From: Macrostomum lignano
Lineage: Eukaryota
Direction of reading: 5' to 3'
Length of the DNA stretch: 64,000 nucleotides
NCBI GenBank assembly: GCA_002269645.1
Contig: NIVC01000814.1
Span: forward strand, 62,001-126,000
Both the position numbers and the translations under genes were made by a program. Shown one piece after another: positions 50,660 to 62,198 of this stretch. Under the pieces are notes generated by a model. It worked only from the letters and a program-made list of their open reading frames with translations. It ran no database searches and was not told the DNA's origin. Position 1 is the stretch's first letter. Every line of letters starts with the position of its first letter.

Positions 50660-51590
50660 CTTCCTACACCAGTTTTGACGCTTTTCTACACCAGTTTTGG
50701 CGCTTTTCTACACCAGTTTTGGCGCTTAATTTCTACACCAGTTTTGACGCTTTTCTACACCAGTTTTGGCGCTTTTCTACACCAGTTTCGGCGCTTAATT
50801 TCTACACCAGTTTTGACGCTTTTCTACACCAGTTTTGGCGCTTTTCTACACCAGTTTTGGCGCTTTTCTACACCAGTTTTGACGCTTTTCTACACCAGTT
50901 TTGGCGCTTTTCTACACCAGTTTTGGCGATTTTCTACACCAGTTTCGGCGCTTAATTTCTACACCAGTTTTGGCGCCTTTCTACACCAGTTTTGACGCTT
51001 TTCTACACCAGTTTTGGCGCTTTTCTACACCAGTTTTGGCGCTTTTCTACACCAGTTTCGGCGCTTAATTTCTACACCAGTTTTGACGCTTTTCTACACC
51101 AGTTTTGGCGCTTTTCTACACCAGTTTTGGCGCTTTTCTACACCAGTTTTGACGCTTTTCTACACCAGTTTTGGCGCTTTTCTACACCAGTTTTGGCGAT
51201 TTTCTACACCAGTTTCGGCGCTTAATTTCTACACCAGTTTTGGCGCCTTTCTACACCAGTTTTGACGCTTTTCTACACCAGTTTTGGCGCTTTTCTACAC
51301 CAGTTTTGGCGCTTTTCTACACCAGTTTCGGCGCTTAATTTCTACACCAGTTTTGAAGCTTTTCTACACCAGTTTCGGCGCTTAATTTCTACACCAGTTT
51401 TGACGCTTTTCTACACCAGTTTTGGCTTTAATTTCTACACCAGTTTTGACTTTAATTTCTACACCAGTTTTGGCGCCTTTCTACACCAGTTTTGACGCTT
51501 TTCTACACCAGTTTTGGCTTTAATTTCTACACCAGTTTTGGCGCCTTTCTACACCAGTTTTGACGCTTTTTTACGCCAGTTTTGGTTTTA
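50660..51590. repeat. 22/24-bp minisatellite downstream of the Mx stop (TTTTCTACACCAGTTTTGGCGC)
   Basis: About 40 units. Confidence 0.95.
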
Positions 51591-51646
51591 ATCAGAACCC
51601 TATTCCATGGTTAATATTGTGTCCAAACTCGCCTTCATCCATCATC

Positions 51647-54600
51647 TCAGAAGCTGGACAGCTCCTGCTCAGCAACCATCAGGCTGTCGAGCCACTGCCT
51701 CAACTGCCGCCGCTTGGCCCCGGTCTCCGGGTTCTCCTCCTGGAGCAGATCGTACAGCTGCCCCGGATCCATCAGGAGGACGCCCAGACGGTGACTGACG
51801 CCGCTAGACATTCCGTGAAGCATGTTGTACACAACGGCCATTGGGATCGTGTCCTGAAGCCGGCGCACTGACACTCGAACGTAGGCCTCCGCACCTTCTA
51901 GCACGGTCAGCGAGTTCTGCTGAGCCAGCTCACGCTGCAGACTCGCTCGGCTGAGGGCTGTGGCCCCGACATTCACCTCCGAGATGTTGGCCGGCTTCGA
52001 CAGGGTGGCCTTCGTCTGCAGCTTTTCGTTGGACGGCCTGCGACAGAGGAAATTGAGAATGAAATCCATGATTAGGGAAATGAGGATTCTAGTCTCGAAA
52101 TGTCCCATTTTGGGATCTAATGGGGAAATGAGGATTCTAGTCTCGAAATGTCCCATTTTGGGATCTAATGGGGAAATGAGGATTCTAGTCTCGAAATGTC
52201 CCATTTTGGGATCTAATGGGGAAATGAGGATTCTAGTCTCGAAATGTCCCATTTTGGGATCTAAAAGTGAAATGAGGATTCTAGTCTCGAAATGTCCCAT
52301 TTTGGGATCTAATAGGGAAATGAGGATTCTAGTCTCGAAATGTCCCATTTTGGGATCTAATGGGGAAATGAGGATTCTATTCTCGAAATGTCCCATTTTG
52401 GGATCTAATGGGGAAATGAGGATTCTAGTCTCGAAATCTCCCCATTTAGAAACCTAAGGGATTCACTCAGGAAATCCCCCACTTGAGGATCTAAGGAAAA
52501 ACAGCTTGAAATCATGCTTTCAACTCACTTCTTTAGCTCGCTATGGTAAATCCGATCCTGAGCAAAAATGATTCTCTCTTGCTCAAGAATGATCGTTATC
52601 TGCTTTTTTGAATCGTCGTATTTCCTTGACTTGATGAGCTCAACCTCTTGCTTAATGTGCCGGTTTAAGCTGGGATACTGGCCGAACACCCGGTCTGAGA
52701 GGGCCCTCAGAGTCTGGTCGACCTCTTGGGTGACAGACAGCAGAAACTGGGTGGCGTGAGGCTGCAGTTTGACTAAGAAGTGGCTGCAGACCAGCCGCTC
52801 CAGCACTGGGAAGGTGTTGTCAAATCCCACCAGCTCACGGCCGCGCTGCCTTTTCACGTCCTCCTCAAGAATCTTCAGCAGGCCCTTGTCTGCGTCGGGT
52901 TTATAGATTATATCGGAAAGTGTTTTCGGTTGATAACAATGAAATCTCAGCTATGAGAGAAGAGGAGAGATGGAAAGATGTTGTGGGAGATTATGAGAGG
53001 ATGTAGGGAACTAGAGGATGTTGGGAGAGGAGGGGAGAGACAGGTAGAGGAGGGAGAGGAGGGAGAGGAGGGAGAGGAGGGGAGAGACAGGTAGAGGAGG
53101 GAGAGGAGGGAGAGGAGGGAGAGGAGGGGAGAGACAGGTAGAGGCTGGAAGAAGGGGAGAGGTGGGGAGAGGAGGGAGAGGAGGGGAGAAGAGGGGAGAG
53201 GAGGGGAGAAGAGGGAGAGGAGGGGAGAGGAGGGAGAGGAGGGGAGAAGAGGGAGAGGAGGGGAGAAGAGGGAGAGGAGGGAGAGGAGGGAGAGGAGGGA
53301 GAGGAGGGAGAGGAGGGAGAGGAGGGAGAGGAGGGAGAGGAGGGAGAGGAGGGGAGAGACAGGTAGAGGCTGGAAGAAGGGGAGAGGTGGGGAGAGGAGG
53401 GAGAGGAGGGAGAAGAGGGAGAGGAGGGGAGAAGAGGGAGAGGAGGGGAGAGGAGGGAGAGGAGGGGAGAAGAGGGAGAGGAGGGGAAAGGAGGGAGAGG
53501 AGGGGAGAAGAGGGAGAGGAGGGAGAGGAGGGAGAGGAGGGGAGAAGAGGGAGAGGAGGGAGAGGAGGGAGAGGAGGGAGAGGAGGAGAGGAGGGAGAGG
53601 AGGGAGAGGAGGGAGAGGAGGGAGAGGAGGGAAGGAGGGAGAGGAGGGAGAGGAGGGAGAGGAGGGAGAGGAGGGAGAGGAGGGAGAGGAGGGGAGAAGA
53701 GGGAGAGGAGGGGAGAAGAGGGGAGAGGAGGGGAGAAGAGGGAGAGGAGGGGAGAGGAGGGAGAGGAGGGGAGAAGAGGGAGTGGAGGGAGAGGAGGGGA
53801 GAGGAGGGGAGAGACAGGTAGAGGAGGGAGAGGAGGGAGAGGAGGGGAGAGACAGGTAGAGGCTGGAAGAAGGGGAGAGGTGGGGAGAGGAGGGAGAGGA
53901 GGGGAGAGGAGGGAGAGGAGGGGAGAAGAGGGAGAGGAGGGGAGAAGAGGGGAGAGGAGGGAGAAGAGGGAGAGGAGGGAGAGGAGGGAGAGGAGGGAGA
54001 AGAGGGAGAGGAGGGAGAGGAGGGAGAGGAGGGAGAGGAGGGAGAGGAGGGAGAGGAGGAGAGGAGGGAGAGGAGGGAAAGGAGGGAGAGGAGGGAGAGG
54101 AGGGAGAGGAGGGAGAGGAGGGAGAGGAGAGAGAGGAGGGAGAAGAGGGAGAGGAGGGGAGAAGAGGGAGAGGAGGGAGAGGAGGGAGAGGAGGGAGTGG
54201 AGGGAGAGGAGGGAGAGGAGGGAGAGGAGGGAGAAGAGGGGAGAGAGGGAGAGGAGGGGAGAAGAGGGAGAGGAGGGGAGAGGAGGGAGAGGAGGGAGAG
54301 GAGGGAGAGGAGTGAGAGGAGTGAGAGGAGGGGAGAGGAGGGGAGAGGAGGGAGAGGAGGGAGAGGAGGGAGAGGAGGGAAAGGAGGGAGAGGAGGGAGA
54401 GGAGGGAGAGGAGGGAGAGGAGGGAGAGGAGAGAGAGGAGGGAGAAGAGGGAGAGGAGGGGAGAAGAGGGAGAGGAGGGGAGAGGAGGGAGAGGAGGGAG
54501 TGGAGGGAGAGGAGGGAGAGGAGGGAGAGGAGGGAGAAGAGGGGAGAAGAGGGAGAGGAGGGGAGAAGGGGAGAGGAGGGGAGAGGAGGGAGAGGAGGGG

Positions 54601-57600
54601 AGAGGAGGGAGAGGAGGGAGAGGAGTGAGAGGAGGGGAGAGGAGGGGAGAGGAGGGAGAGGAGGGAGAGGAGGGAGAGGAGGGAGAGGAGGGAGAGAAGG
54701 GGAGAGGAGGGAGAGGAGGGAGAGGAGGGAGAGGAGGGAGAGGAGGGAGAGGAGGGAGAGGAGGGAGAGGAGGGAGAGGAGGGAGAGGAGGGAGAGGAGG
54801 GAGAGGAGGGAGAGGAGGGAGAAGAGGGAGAGAGGGAGAGGAGGGAGAGGAGGGAGAGGAGAGGAGGGGAGAGGAGGGAGAGGAGGGAGAGGAGGGAGAG
54901 GAGGGAGAGGAGGGAGAGGAGGGAGAAGGGAGAGGAGGGAGAGGAGGGAGAGGAGGGAGAGGAGGGAGAGGAGGGAGAGGAGGGAGAGGAGGGAGAGGAG
55001 GGAGAGGAGGGAGAAGAGGGAGAGAGGGAGAGGAGGGAGAGGAGGGAGAAGAGGGAGAGGAGGGAGAGGAGGAAGAGGAGGGAGAGGAGGGAGAGGAGGG
55101 AGAGGAGGGAGAGGAGGGAGAGGAGGGAGAGGGGAGAGAGGGAGAGGAGGGAGAGGAGGGAGAGGAGGAGGGAGGGAGAGGAGGAGAGGAGGAGAGGAGG
55201 GAGAGGAGGGAGAGGAGGGAGAGGAGGGAGAGGAGGGGAGAAGAGGGAGAGGAGGGGAGAAGAGGGGAGAGGAGGGGAGAAGAGGGAGAGGAGGGAGAGG
55301 AGGGAGAGGGGAGAAGAGGGAGTGGAGGGAGAGGAGGGGAGAGGAGGGCAGCAGAACATCGCAGCTCACTCTCAGGCGACTCAGAGAAGGCGCATCTCTC
55401 GATGTCATCAGCCAGAGCCTCCCAGTGCAGTCGGCAGGGCCCAAACAGTCGGGTCTCCTCGTGCCAGTGAGTTCCGCTGGCAGTGTTGGAGAATTCCTTC
55501 TTAAACTCTTCAACCATTTTTACCAGGAGGTCCTTCATTTCGGCCTCGGACTGTGGCGGCCCGGTGCCCAGGGCTTCCAGCATGGTCATGTAGTCGTTGC
55601 GCTTTATCTATAAATCATTTTTGGAACGAATGATTTTAGAAAATTTTTCACTATATATTGAAACCTTATCTATAATTATTTCATAGCTAGTCTAATTCCC
55701 TGATAAATTAATCCCATTCCATTAGTCTAATTCCCGAATAGATTAGTCTAATTCCCCGATAGATTAATCCCATTCCCGGATAGATTAATCTAATTCCCTG
55801 ATAGATTAGTCTAATTCTTCGATAAGATGAAATTCCTCGATAAAGTAGTCTAATTCCCAAAATAGTTGAATCTAATTCCCCGACACATTAATCTAATTCA
55901 ATTATGAATTAATCAAATTCCCCGGTTGATTAATCTAATTTCCCATTAGATTAGTCTAAGTATTTGATAAATTAGTCTAATTCCCCAATAGATTAATCTA
56001 ATTCCCCGACAGATGAGTCTAATTCCTTGACAGATAAGTCTAATTCCCCGACAGATAAGTCTAATTCCCCGACAGATGAGTCTAATTCCCCGACAGATGA
56101 GTCTAATTCCTTGACAGATAAGTCTAATTTCCCGACAGATGAGTCTAATTTCCCGACAGATGAGTCTAATTCCCCGACAGATGAGTCTAATTCCCCGATA
56201 CAGGTAGACTCGCCAGCTCAGACCAACCTGAATCTCCTTGAGCATCTCGGGAATTCGCTCCTTAACAGCCTGGTAGAGCTCCACGCTGAGCTTGTTAGCC
56301 AGAGTCTTGCAGCCTCTCTGGTAGTCGCCGAGTGCGCAGAACTGCGGGTGCAACTTGAAGAACTCCTCCTCTGCTTTGCAGGCCTCGCGCAGGCCCATGT
56401 TGTCTTTCAGCTGCTGCGGGGTCCGGCAGCGGACGGTGACAAAACCTTTCCTCAGCTTGAGCCGTTCGTTCCTCATCATGGCGAGGACTTCGGTCTCCGA
56501 GCCGGGGTTCACCAGATCCGGGCAGGTCAGCACCCCCAGGGTGCGCTTGCACTCCGGGTCGACTTCGCGAGCCAGAGAGATCGCCTCCACTGTTTCAACG
56601 TCAACGTTGCACGGAATGACAACCAGGATGAGCACCTCGGGCTTGAGGATGTACGACATGATGAGGGACTTGCTAACCGTTGCTATGTCACCCGCGTTGG
56701 CTATGGAGAATCTGCGGCCGTTTGGTGGGTGGGAATAATTATAATAAAACTTTATTATCCAGACTATTATCCAAACTATTATAAAACTTTATAGGTCTGG
56801 CCCTCATGACTGTAAATCGCTCAACAACCCACCAAGACAAGTTTTCTTATACACAAGCCGCAAATGAATGTCTAGTCTCATTGATTCTAGTCTCAATATC
56901 TGATCTCATTCACTCTAGCCTCAATATCTGAACCCATTGATTCCAGTTTCAATATCTAATCCCATTGATTCCAGTCTCTATATCTAATCTTATTGATTTC
57001 AGTCTCAACATCTAATCTCATTGATTCTAGTCTCAATATCTAATCTCAGTCACTCTAGCCTCAATATCTAATCTCATTCATTCTAGCCTCAATATCTAAT
57101 CCCATTGATTCCAGTCTCTATATCTAATCTTATTGATTTCAGTCTCAATATCTAATCTCATTGATTCTAGTCTCAATATCTAATCTCATTCATTCTAGCC
57201 TCAACATCTAGTCTCATTGATTCTAGTCTCAAAATCTCATTCATTCTAGCCTCAATATCTAATCCCATTGATTCCAGTCTCTATATCTAATCTGATTGAT
57301 TCCAGTTTCAATATCCAATCTCATTGATTCTAGTCTCAATAACCAATCTCGCCTTCTTTAATCTCAAAATTCGATCCACTGTGTCACAATCTCAATATCT
57401 AATCTCACTGACATATGCCTGTCGCGTTATCTAATCTCACCCATTTTAATTAACATATCTAATCTCACTCATTTTAATTAACATATCTAATCTCACCCAT
57501 TTTAATTAACATATCTAATCTCACCTACTCTACCCTCACCTGGCGATACCCGGCAGGTCAATTAGTGTCAAATCGGGTGTATCTGCGCCCTCGATGTGCA

Positions 57601-59017
57601 GCTCGATGAGCTTCTCAGAGATCTCCCCCGAGCTGCTCGTCATCTCCTCCTGAGCGTCGCGAATCGCCTGTCCGATTTCGGCCGGCGTGGACAGCGGCTT
57701 GTCCCTGGCCTGACCCGACTTGGTCTCGTAGCTGAAAAAGTTGCGACAGAAAACCGGTTCTAAAATTAGATACTACCACTCTATTTGCACTACTTGTCAG
57801 TATAAATGCAGAAAAGTTTATAGAAAATTTATTGGCAGTGATTCTAAAAATAGAAATCATTTAATTAGACACGTAGTAGAATGCACTCTTGAATATCGTC
57901 TTTGTTTATTACTTATTTTCGTAAATATAAACTGCTACTGAACTGACAATTTAAATTTATCAGCTAGAAATCTGAAGTCTAAAACTAACTGCATTTAGAA
58001 TGACTCGTCTGTTTAAATGCATAAAAGTCCTTGCAACTTAACATTAATACCTTGTGAACTAAACTGACTGAAAAGGAATATATAATTAGTATTTAGTACC
58101 TGTCGTTGTCCTTGATTTTAAAATACATGTAGTATGCCTCCTTAACTATGGGACTTTGTAAGAGGCTATATGCTTAGATAGCGCCGCCATCGGGTCCCAT
58201 TAGCAACCTAAATGACACCATATCGGGTCCCATAGCAACCTAAATGACACCATATCGGGTCCCATAGCAACCTAAATGACAGGTCATATCGGGTCCCATA
58301 GCAACCTAAATGACACCATATCAGGGTCCCATAGCAACCTAAATGACACCATATCAGGGTGCCATAGCAACCTAAATGACACCATATCGGGTCCCATAGC
58401 AACCTAAATGGCACCATATCGGGTCCCATAGCAACCTAAATGACACCATATCAGGGTGCCATAGCAACCTAAATGACACCATATCGGGTCCCATAGCAAC
58501 CTAAATGGCACCATATCGGGTCCCATAGCAACGCCATATTGGGTCCCATAGCAACCTAAACCAGCACTATATCGGGTCCCATAGCAACCTAAATGGTGTA
58601 ATGCACCATTGGGTTTCATATAGTAACCTTAAAGGACACCATGCACTATTGGCTTTCGTAGCAACATCAACTACAAGACCAATATCGGGTTCCATAGCAA
58701 CCCAAACCTCACCGAATTCTGGCAGTCCAGCCCGAATCCTCCCTGCCGCGCATGCTCAGCATCAGCGGGCACCGAGTCACAATGCCGAGGCCGCGCGGAA
58801 ATTCCACACCGGAAATGGCTTCCAATACGGAAGATTTTCCCACTGACTGATCGCCAACCACGGCAATGGCTGGCAGGCTGATCTCGCGCTGCAGCCCGTG
58901 CGACCTCAGACTGTCCAACGCGTTCAGGCACGGCCGCAGGCGCTCCTTGAATGCCTGACTCAGAGCCGGTGCAAAATCCGCAGATTCTGCAGCTGACTCC
59001 GGTTTTCTGCTCGACAT
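51647..59017 (-). CDS. Mx: Mx-like dynamin-superfamily GTPase, 6 coding exons
   Basis: Exons 59017-58713, 57731-57540, 56711-56228, 55607-55370, 52889-52529 and 52037-51647, phases consistent. [49 protein letters not shown] (G1/G2; GDQS is Mx-type), [10 protein letters not shown] (G3), GVLTCPDLV (variant G4), RGRELVGF, and [12 protein letters not shown]...KRRQL. No PH or PRD domain. Confidence 0.92.
52070..52490. repeat. 48-bp minisatellite, Mx intron 5 (GAGGATTCTAGTCTCGAAATGTCCCATTTTGGGATCTAATGGGGAAAT)
   Basis: About 8 copies; 16-aa ORF period. Confidence 0.95.
52990..55345. repeat. 2.35-kb near-pure homopurine (GAGGAGGGA)n tract, Mx intron 4
   Basis: The plus strand is almost only G and A, with rare GAGACAGGTAGAGGCTGGAAGAAGG inserts. 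Confidence 0.98.
55690..56200. repeat. 21-bp minisatellite, Mx intron 3 (GTCTAATTCCCCGACAGATGA)
   Basis: Direct inspection; homogeneous near the donor and degenerate towards the acceptor. Confidence 0.9.
56870..57525. repeat. About 29-bp minisatellite, Mx intron 2 (TCTAATCTCATTGATTCTAGTCTCAATAT)
   Basis: Direct inspection. Confidence 0.9.
58190..58700. repeat. 32/33-bp minisatellite, Mx intron 1 (CCCATAGCAACCTAAATGACACCATATCGGGT)
   Basis: Direct inspection. Confidence 0.93.
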
Positions 59018-60110
59018 GTTTGTTATAACAAATTTCTTAGATATTGGTTAATTACTCGCTTTAGTCTGTGGACTTATAGTTTAAACTGAGACCCAGAAAA
59101 AGTTAGTTAGACTTAACAAGTAAGCTAAGCCGCTCCTAAAAGCAGACCAATAACAGGTAATTGTTGGGGGTGCACAGACTTGATTTTATAAGCTTCAGAA
59201 TCTTATCTAGCGAGGGTATATATATTATACCAATATTTGACTGGATAGCCTAGCAATCCATGCGGGGGGGGCTGCTGTATGCGGATAAGATATCGTTTCA
59301 CTGTCTAGCGAATTAAACTTTACCTGTAGCTAAATTAAGTAAAGATCTCGGATTGAATTTGCTCAAAGTTAAAGCAGTAACACCTGGACAGCATGTACAG
59401 TCCAGCAATGTAAACTTGCCCCTATCTACCTCGTAAAATTCCACCACTACTGCTCCATCTGCTTATTTTTCCATATTTATCAGTCAAACTAAACTTCTCT
59501 CTCTTTCTCTCCAAGAAACATTTTCCCGATTCGAGCAGTGCTTCTTTCTTCCAGTGCACCAGCAGTACAATTATTGCACTTGTTTAAGTGCTATTTATTG
59601 CACTGCTAGACGACTTAACATGCAATTTTATATTTTAAATTTTCAAGTCTATAATTTGACAAATCATGTTTGTTGTCCGAATTAGTTTTTTAAATTTGCA
59701 TTCATGCTACTAATCAAAAATTTAAAGTAGTGTGTTTAGACTTAGGTTTTTAAAAGAACAAAAGGGGAATTTCTTAACTAATTAATGAGCTGATGAACGT
59801 CACGCTAATAAATTGCTTGTAGGAGCAATATTTTACTAAAGAGCATTTATAGATATCGGTTAAACTTCTTAAAATTAGGATTAGGAACTGCGGTGCAATA
59901 GCCGATATGTGTTGTAAAATATATCATACGATACGATACGGCACGGCACTAATTGTATAGAAGGGCTTAGCCTCACTATTCAGCTAATAGTACACAACTA
60001 GTTATGCCGTCAAAGATTAAAACACAGAAATAATGAATATTAAAAAATATCGTGTGTTTTCCTGCATCGATGATAATGCGAAGACGATAAAAATAGCAAA
60101 AATTATTCCA

Positions 60111-60183
60111 CGACCACGCCAGGACTCGAACCTGGAATCTTCTGATCCGTAGTCAGACGCGTTATCCATTGCGCCACGCGGCC
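60111..60183 (-). tRNA. trnR-ACG: tRNA-Arg(ACG), intronless, 73 nt
   Basis: The minus strand reads GGCCGCGTGGCGCAATGGATAACGCGTCTGACTACGGATCAGAAGATTCCAGGTTCGAGTCCTGGCGTGGTCG: cloverleaf, anticodon ACG, A and B boxes. A TTTTT Pol III terminator lies at 60098-60102. Confidence 0.96.
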
Positions 60184-60424
60184 GCTGAATGGAGGGGTGC
60201 TCAGAGGGAATTATATAGCGTAGTTGGATTCCTTGATTAGTTCTCATGCATATTGTACATGAGATTTACGTGGATGTGGCTCATACAGGGGGATCGCCAC
60301 CGGGGGGGGGGCAGTAAAAGCTATGAAGGCGAAAAGCAAATGCTTTGTCCCCCACCCCACCCCACCTTGTGAGCCGTTATGGAACTCAGTAATTTAGTTT
60401 CAGTTTCGGGGCACCAAAATATAT

Positions 60425-61120
60425 AAGCGCCTTCGGCGCCAAAATGAGTCTGCGTGCGGCGCCAAAAACGAGTGCCTGTGGCGCAAAAATCAGTGGCTAC
60501 GGCGCCAAAAATGAATGCCTGCGGCGCCAAAATAAGTGCCTGCCTGCGGCGCCAAAATCAGTGGCTGCGGCGCCAAAATGAATGCCTGCGGCGCCAAAAT
60601 AAGTGCCTGCCTGCGGCGCCAAAATCAGTGGCTGCGGCGCCAAAATGAATGCCTGCGGCGCCAAAATGAATGCCTGCGGCGTCAAAATAAATGCCTGCGG
60701 CGCCAAAATCAGTGGCTGCGGCGCCAAAATGAATGCCTGCGGCGCCAAAATAAGTGCCTGCCTGCGGCGCCAAAATCAGTGGCTGCGGCGCCAAAATCAG
60801 TGCCTGCGGCGCCAAAATCAGTGGCTGCGGCGCCAAAATGAATGCCTGCGGCGCCAAAATAAGTGCCTGCCTGCAGCGCCAAAATCAGTGGCTGCGGCGC
60901 CAAAATGAATGCCTACGGCGCCAAAATGAGTGCCTGCGGCGTCAAAATAAATGCCTGCGGCGCCAAAATCAGTGGCTGCGGCGCCAAAATGAATGCCTGC
61001 GGCGCCAAAATCAGTGCCTGCCTGCGGCGCCAAAATAAGTGCCTGCCTGCGGCGCTAAAATCAGTGGCTGCGGCGCCAAAATGAATGCCTGCGGCGCCAA
61101 AATGAGTGCCTGCGGCGCCA
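60425..61120. repeat. 19-23-bp GGCGCCAAAA-core minisatellite
   Basis: About 33 units of GCGGCGCCAAAAT(G/C/A). Confidence 0.95.
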
Positions 61121-61599
61121 TGCAAATCGCGTCATGGATCTTCTAATACGAGTATCTTGTACAAAACTCAATCCAAACTGTAACCGTCAGCAGAAAGCTT
61201 TAAGAAGTTTTCCAGTCAAGATCAATATAAATAGATATTTGTCGATCCTTGATGAAGGACAACACACTGTTAAACTGTGTATTTACGATACTATATTTAT
61301 AAGAAAGCACAATATATATATAAATATATAGGCATGATTATACAAAAATATCACTATTAAAAACGTCTATAAATTATAAGACAATTTTTAAGAATGGAAT
61401 ATACCCGGTACATATTATTAATATTAAATTGTGGACAGACTGTAAAGGTCAATAAAACAGAAGACAAAAGTAGCTACTAATAGAAGTAGTATGGTATACT
61501 TAAGAAAAAAATCACAGAGAGAAGAATTAATTGTCCAAAAGTTTACAGTTGTGATTGATAAACTTGCCAAATCGGACAGCAGCTTGCAGATGCGCCAAG

Positions 61600-62090
61600 G
61601 CAAAGGGGCGCCAGCAGGGAACAGGGGCGCCAGAAAGGAAAAAGGAAGCGCCAGGAGGGAATAGGGAGCGCCAAAAGAGAACAGGGGGCGCCAGTAGGGA
61701 ACAGAGGGCGCTAAAAGAGAACAGGGGCGCTAAAAGAGAACAGGTGCGCTAAAAGAGAACAGGGACGCTAAAAGAGAACAGGAGGCGCCAGAAAATAATA
61801 AGGAGCGCCAGCAGGGAACAGAGGGCGCTAAAAGATAACAGGGGCGCCAGTAGAAAACAGAGGGCGCTAGCAGGGAACAGGGGCGCTAAAAGAGAACAGG
61901 GGGCGCTAAAAGAGAACAGGGGCGCCAGCAGAGAACAGGGGGCGCTAGCAGGGAACAGGGGGCGCTAAAAGAGAACAGGGGCGGCCAGCAGGGAACAGGG
62001 GGCGCTAAAAGAGAACAGGGGCGCCAGCAGAGAACAGGGGCGCCAGCAGGGAAAAGAAGGCGCCAGTAGAGAACAGGGGCGCCACTGAAC
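61600..62090. repeat. About 20-bp minisatellite (GGGGCGCTAAAAGAGAACAG / GGGGCGCCAGCAGGGAACAG)
   Basis: Direct inspection. Confidence 0.93.
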
Positions 62091-62198
62091 AAAAAACAGA
62101 AAAAAACGGTTCCATAAGCTGCTTGTACTACTACCTGCATCGGATTATTATCACCATGAGTAGTTTGCAAGGCCGCACAAATCAAGTTCCAAATGGAT

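Noticed and set aside
59020-60100. ISRE/IRF sites upstream of Mx
   Set aside because: Only GA-rich partial matches (about 59485-59550); no GAAANNGAAA tandem.
60285-60360. CAGGGGGATCGCCACCGGGGGG as the left terminus of a MITE enclosing the GGCGCCAAAA array
   Set aside because: No matching inverted terminus or TSD found near 61120-61200.
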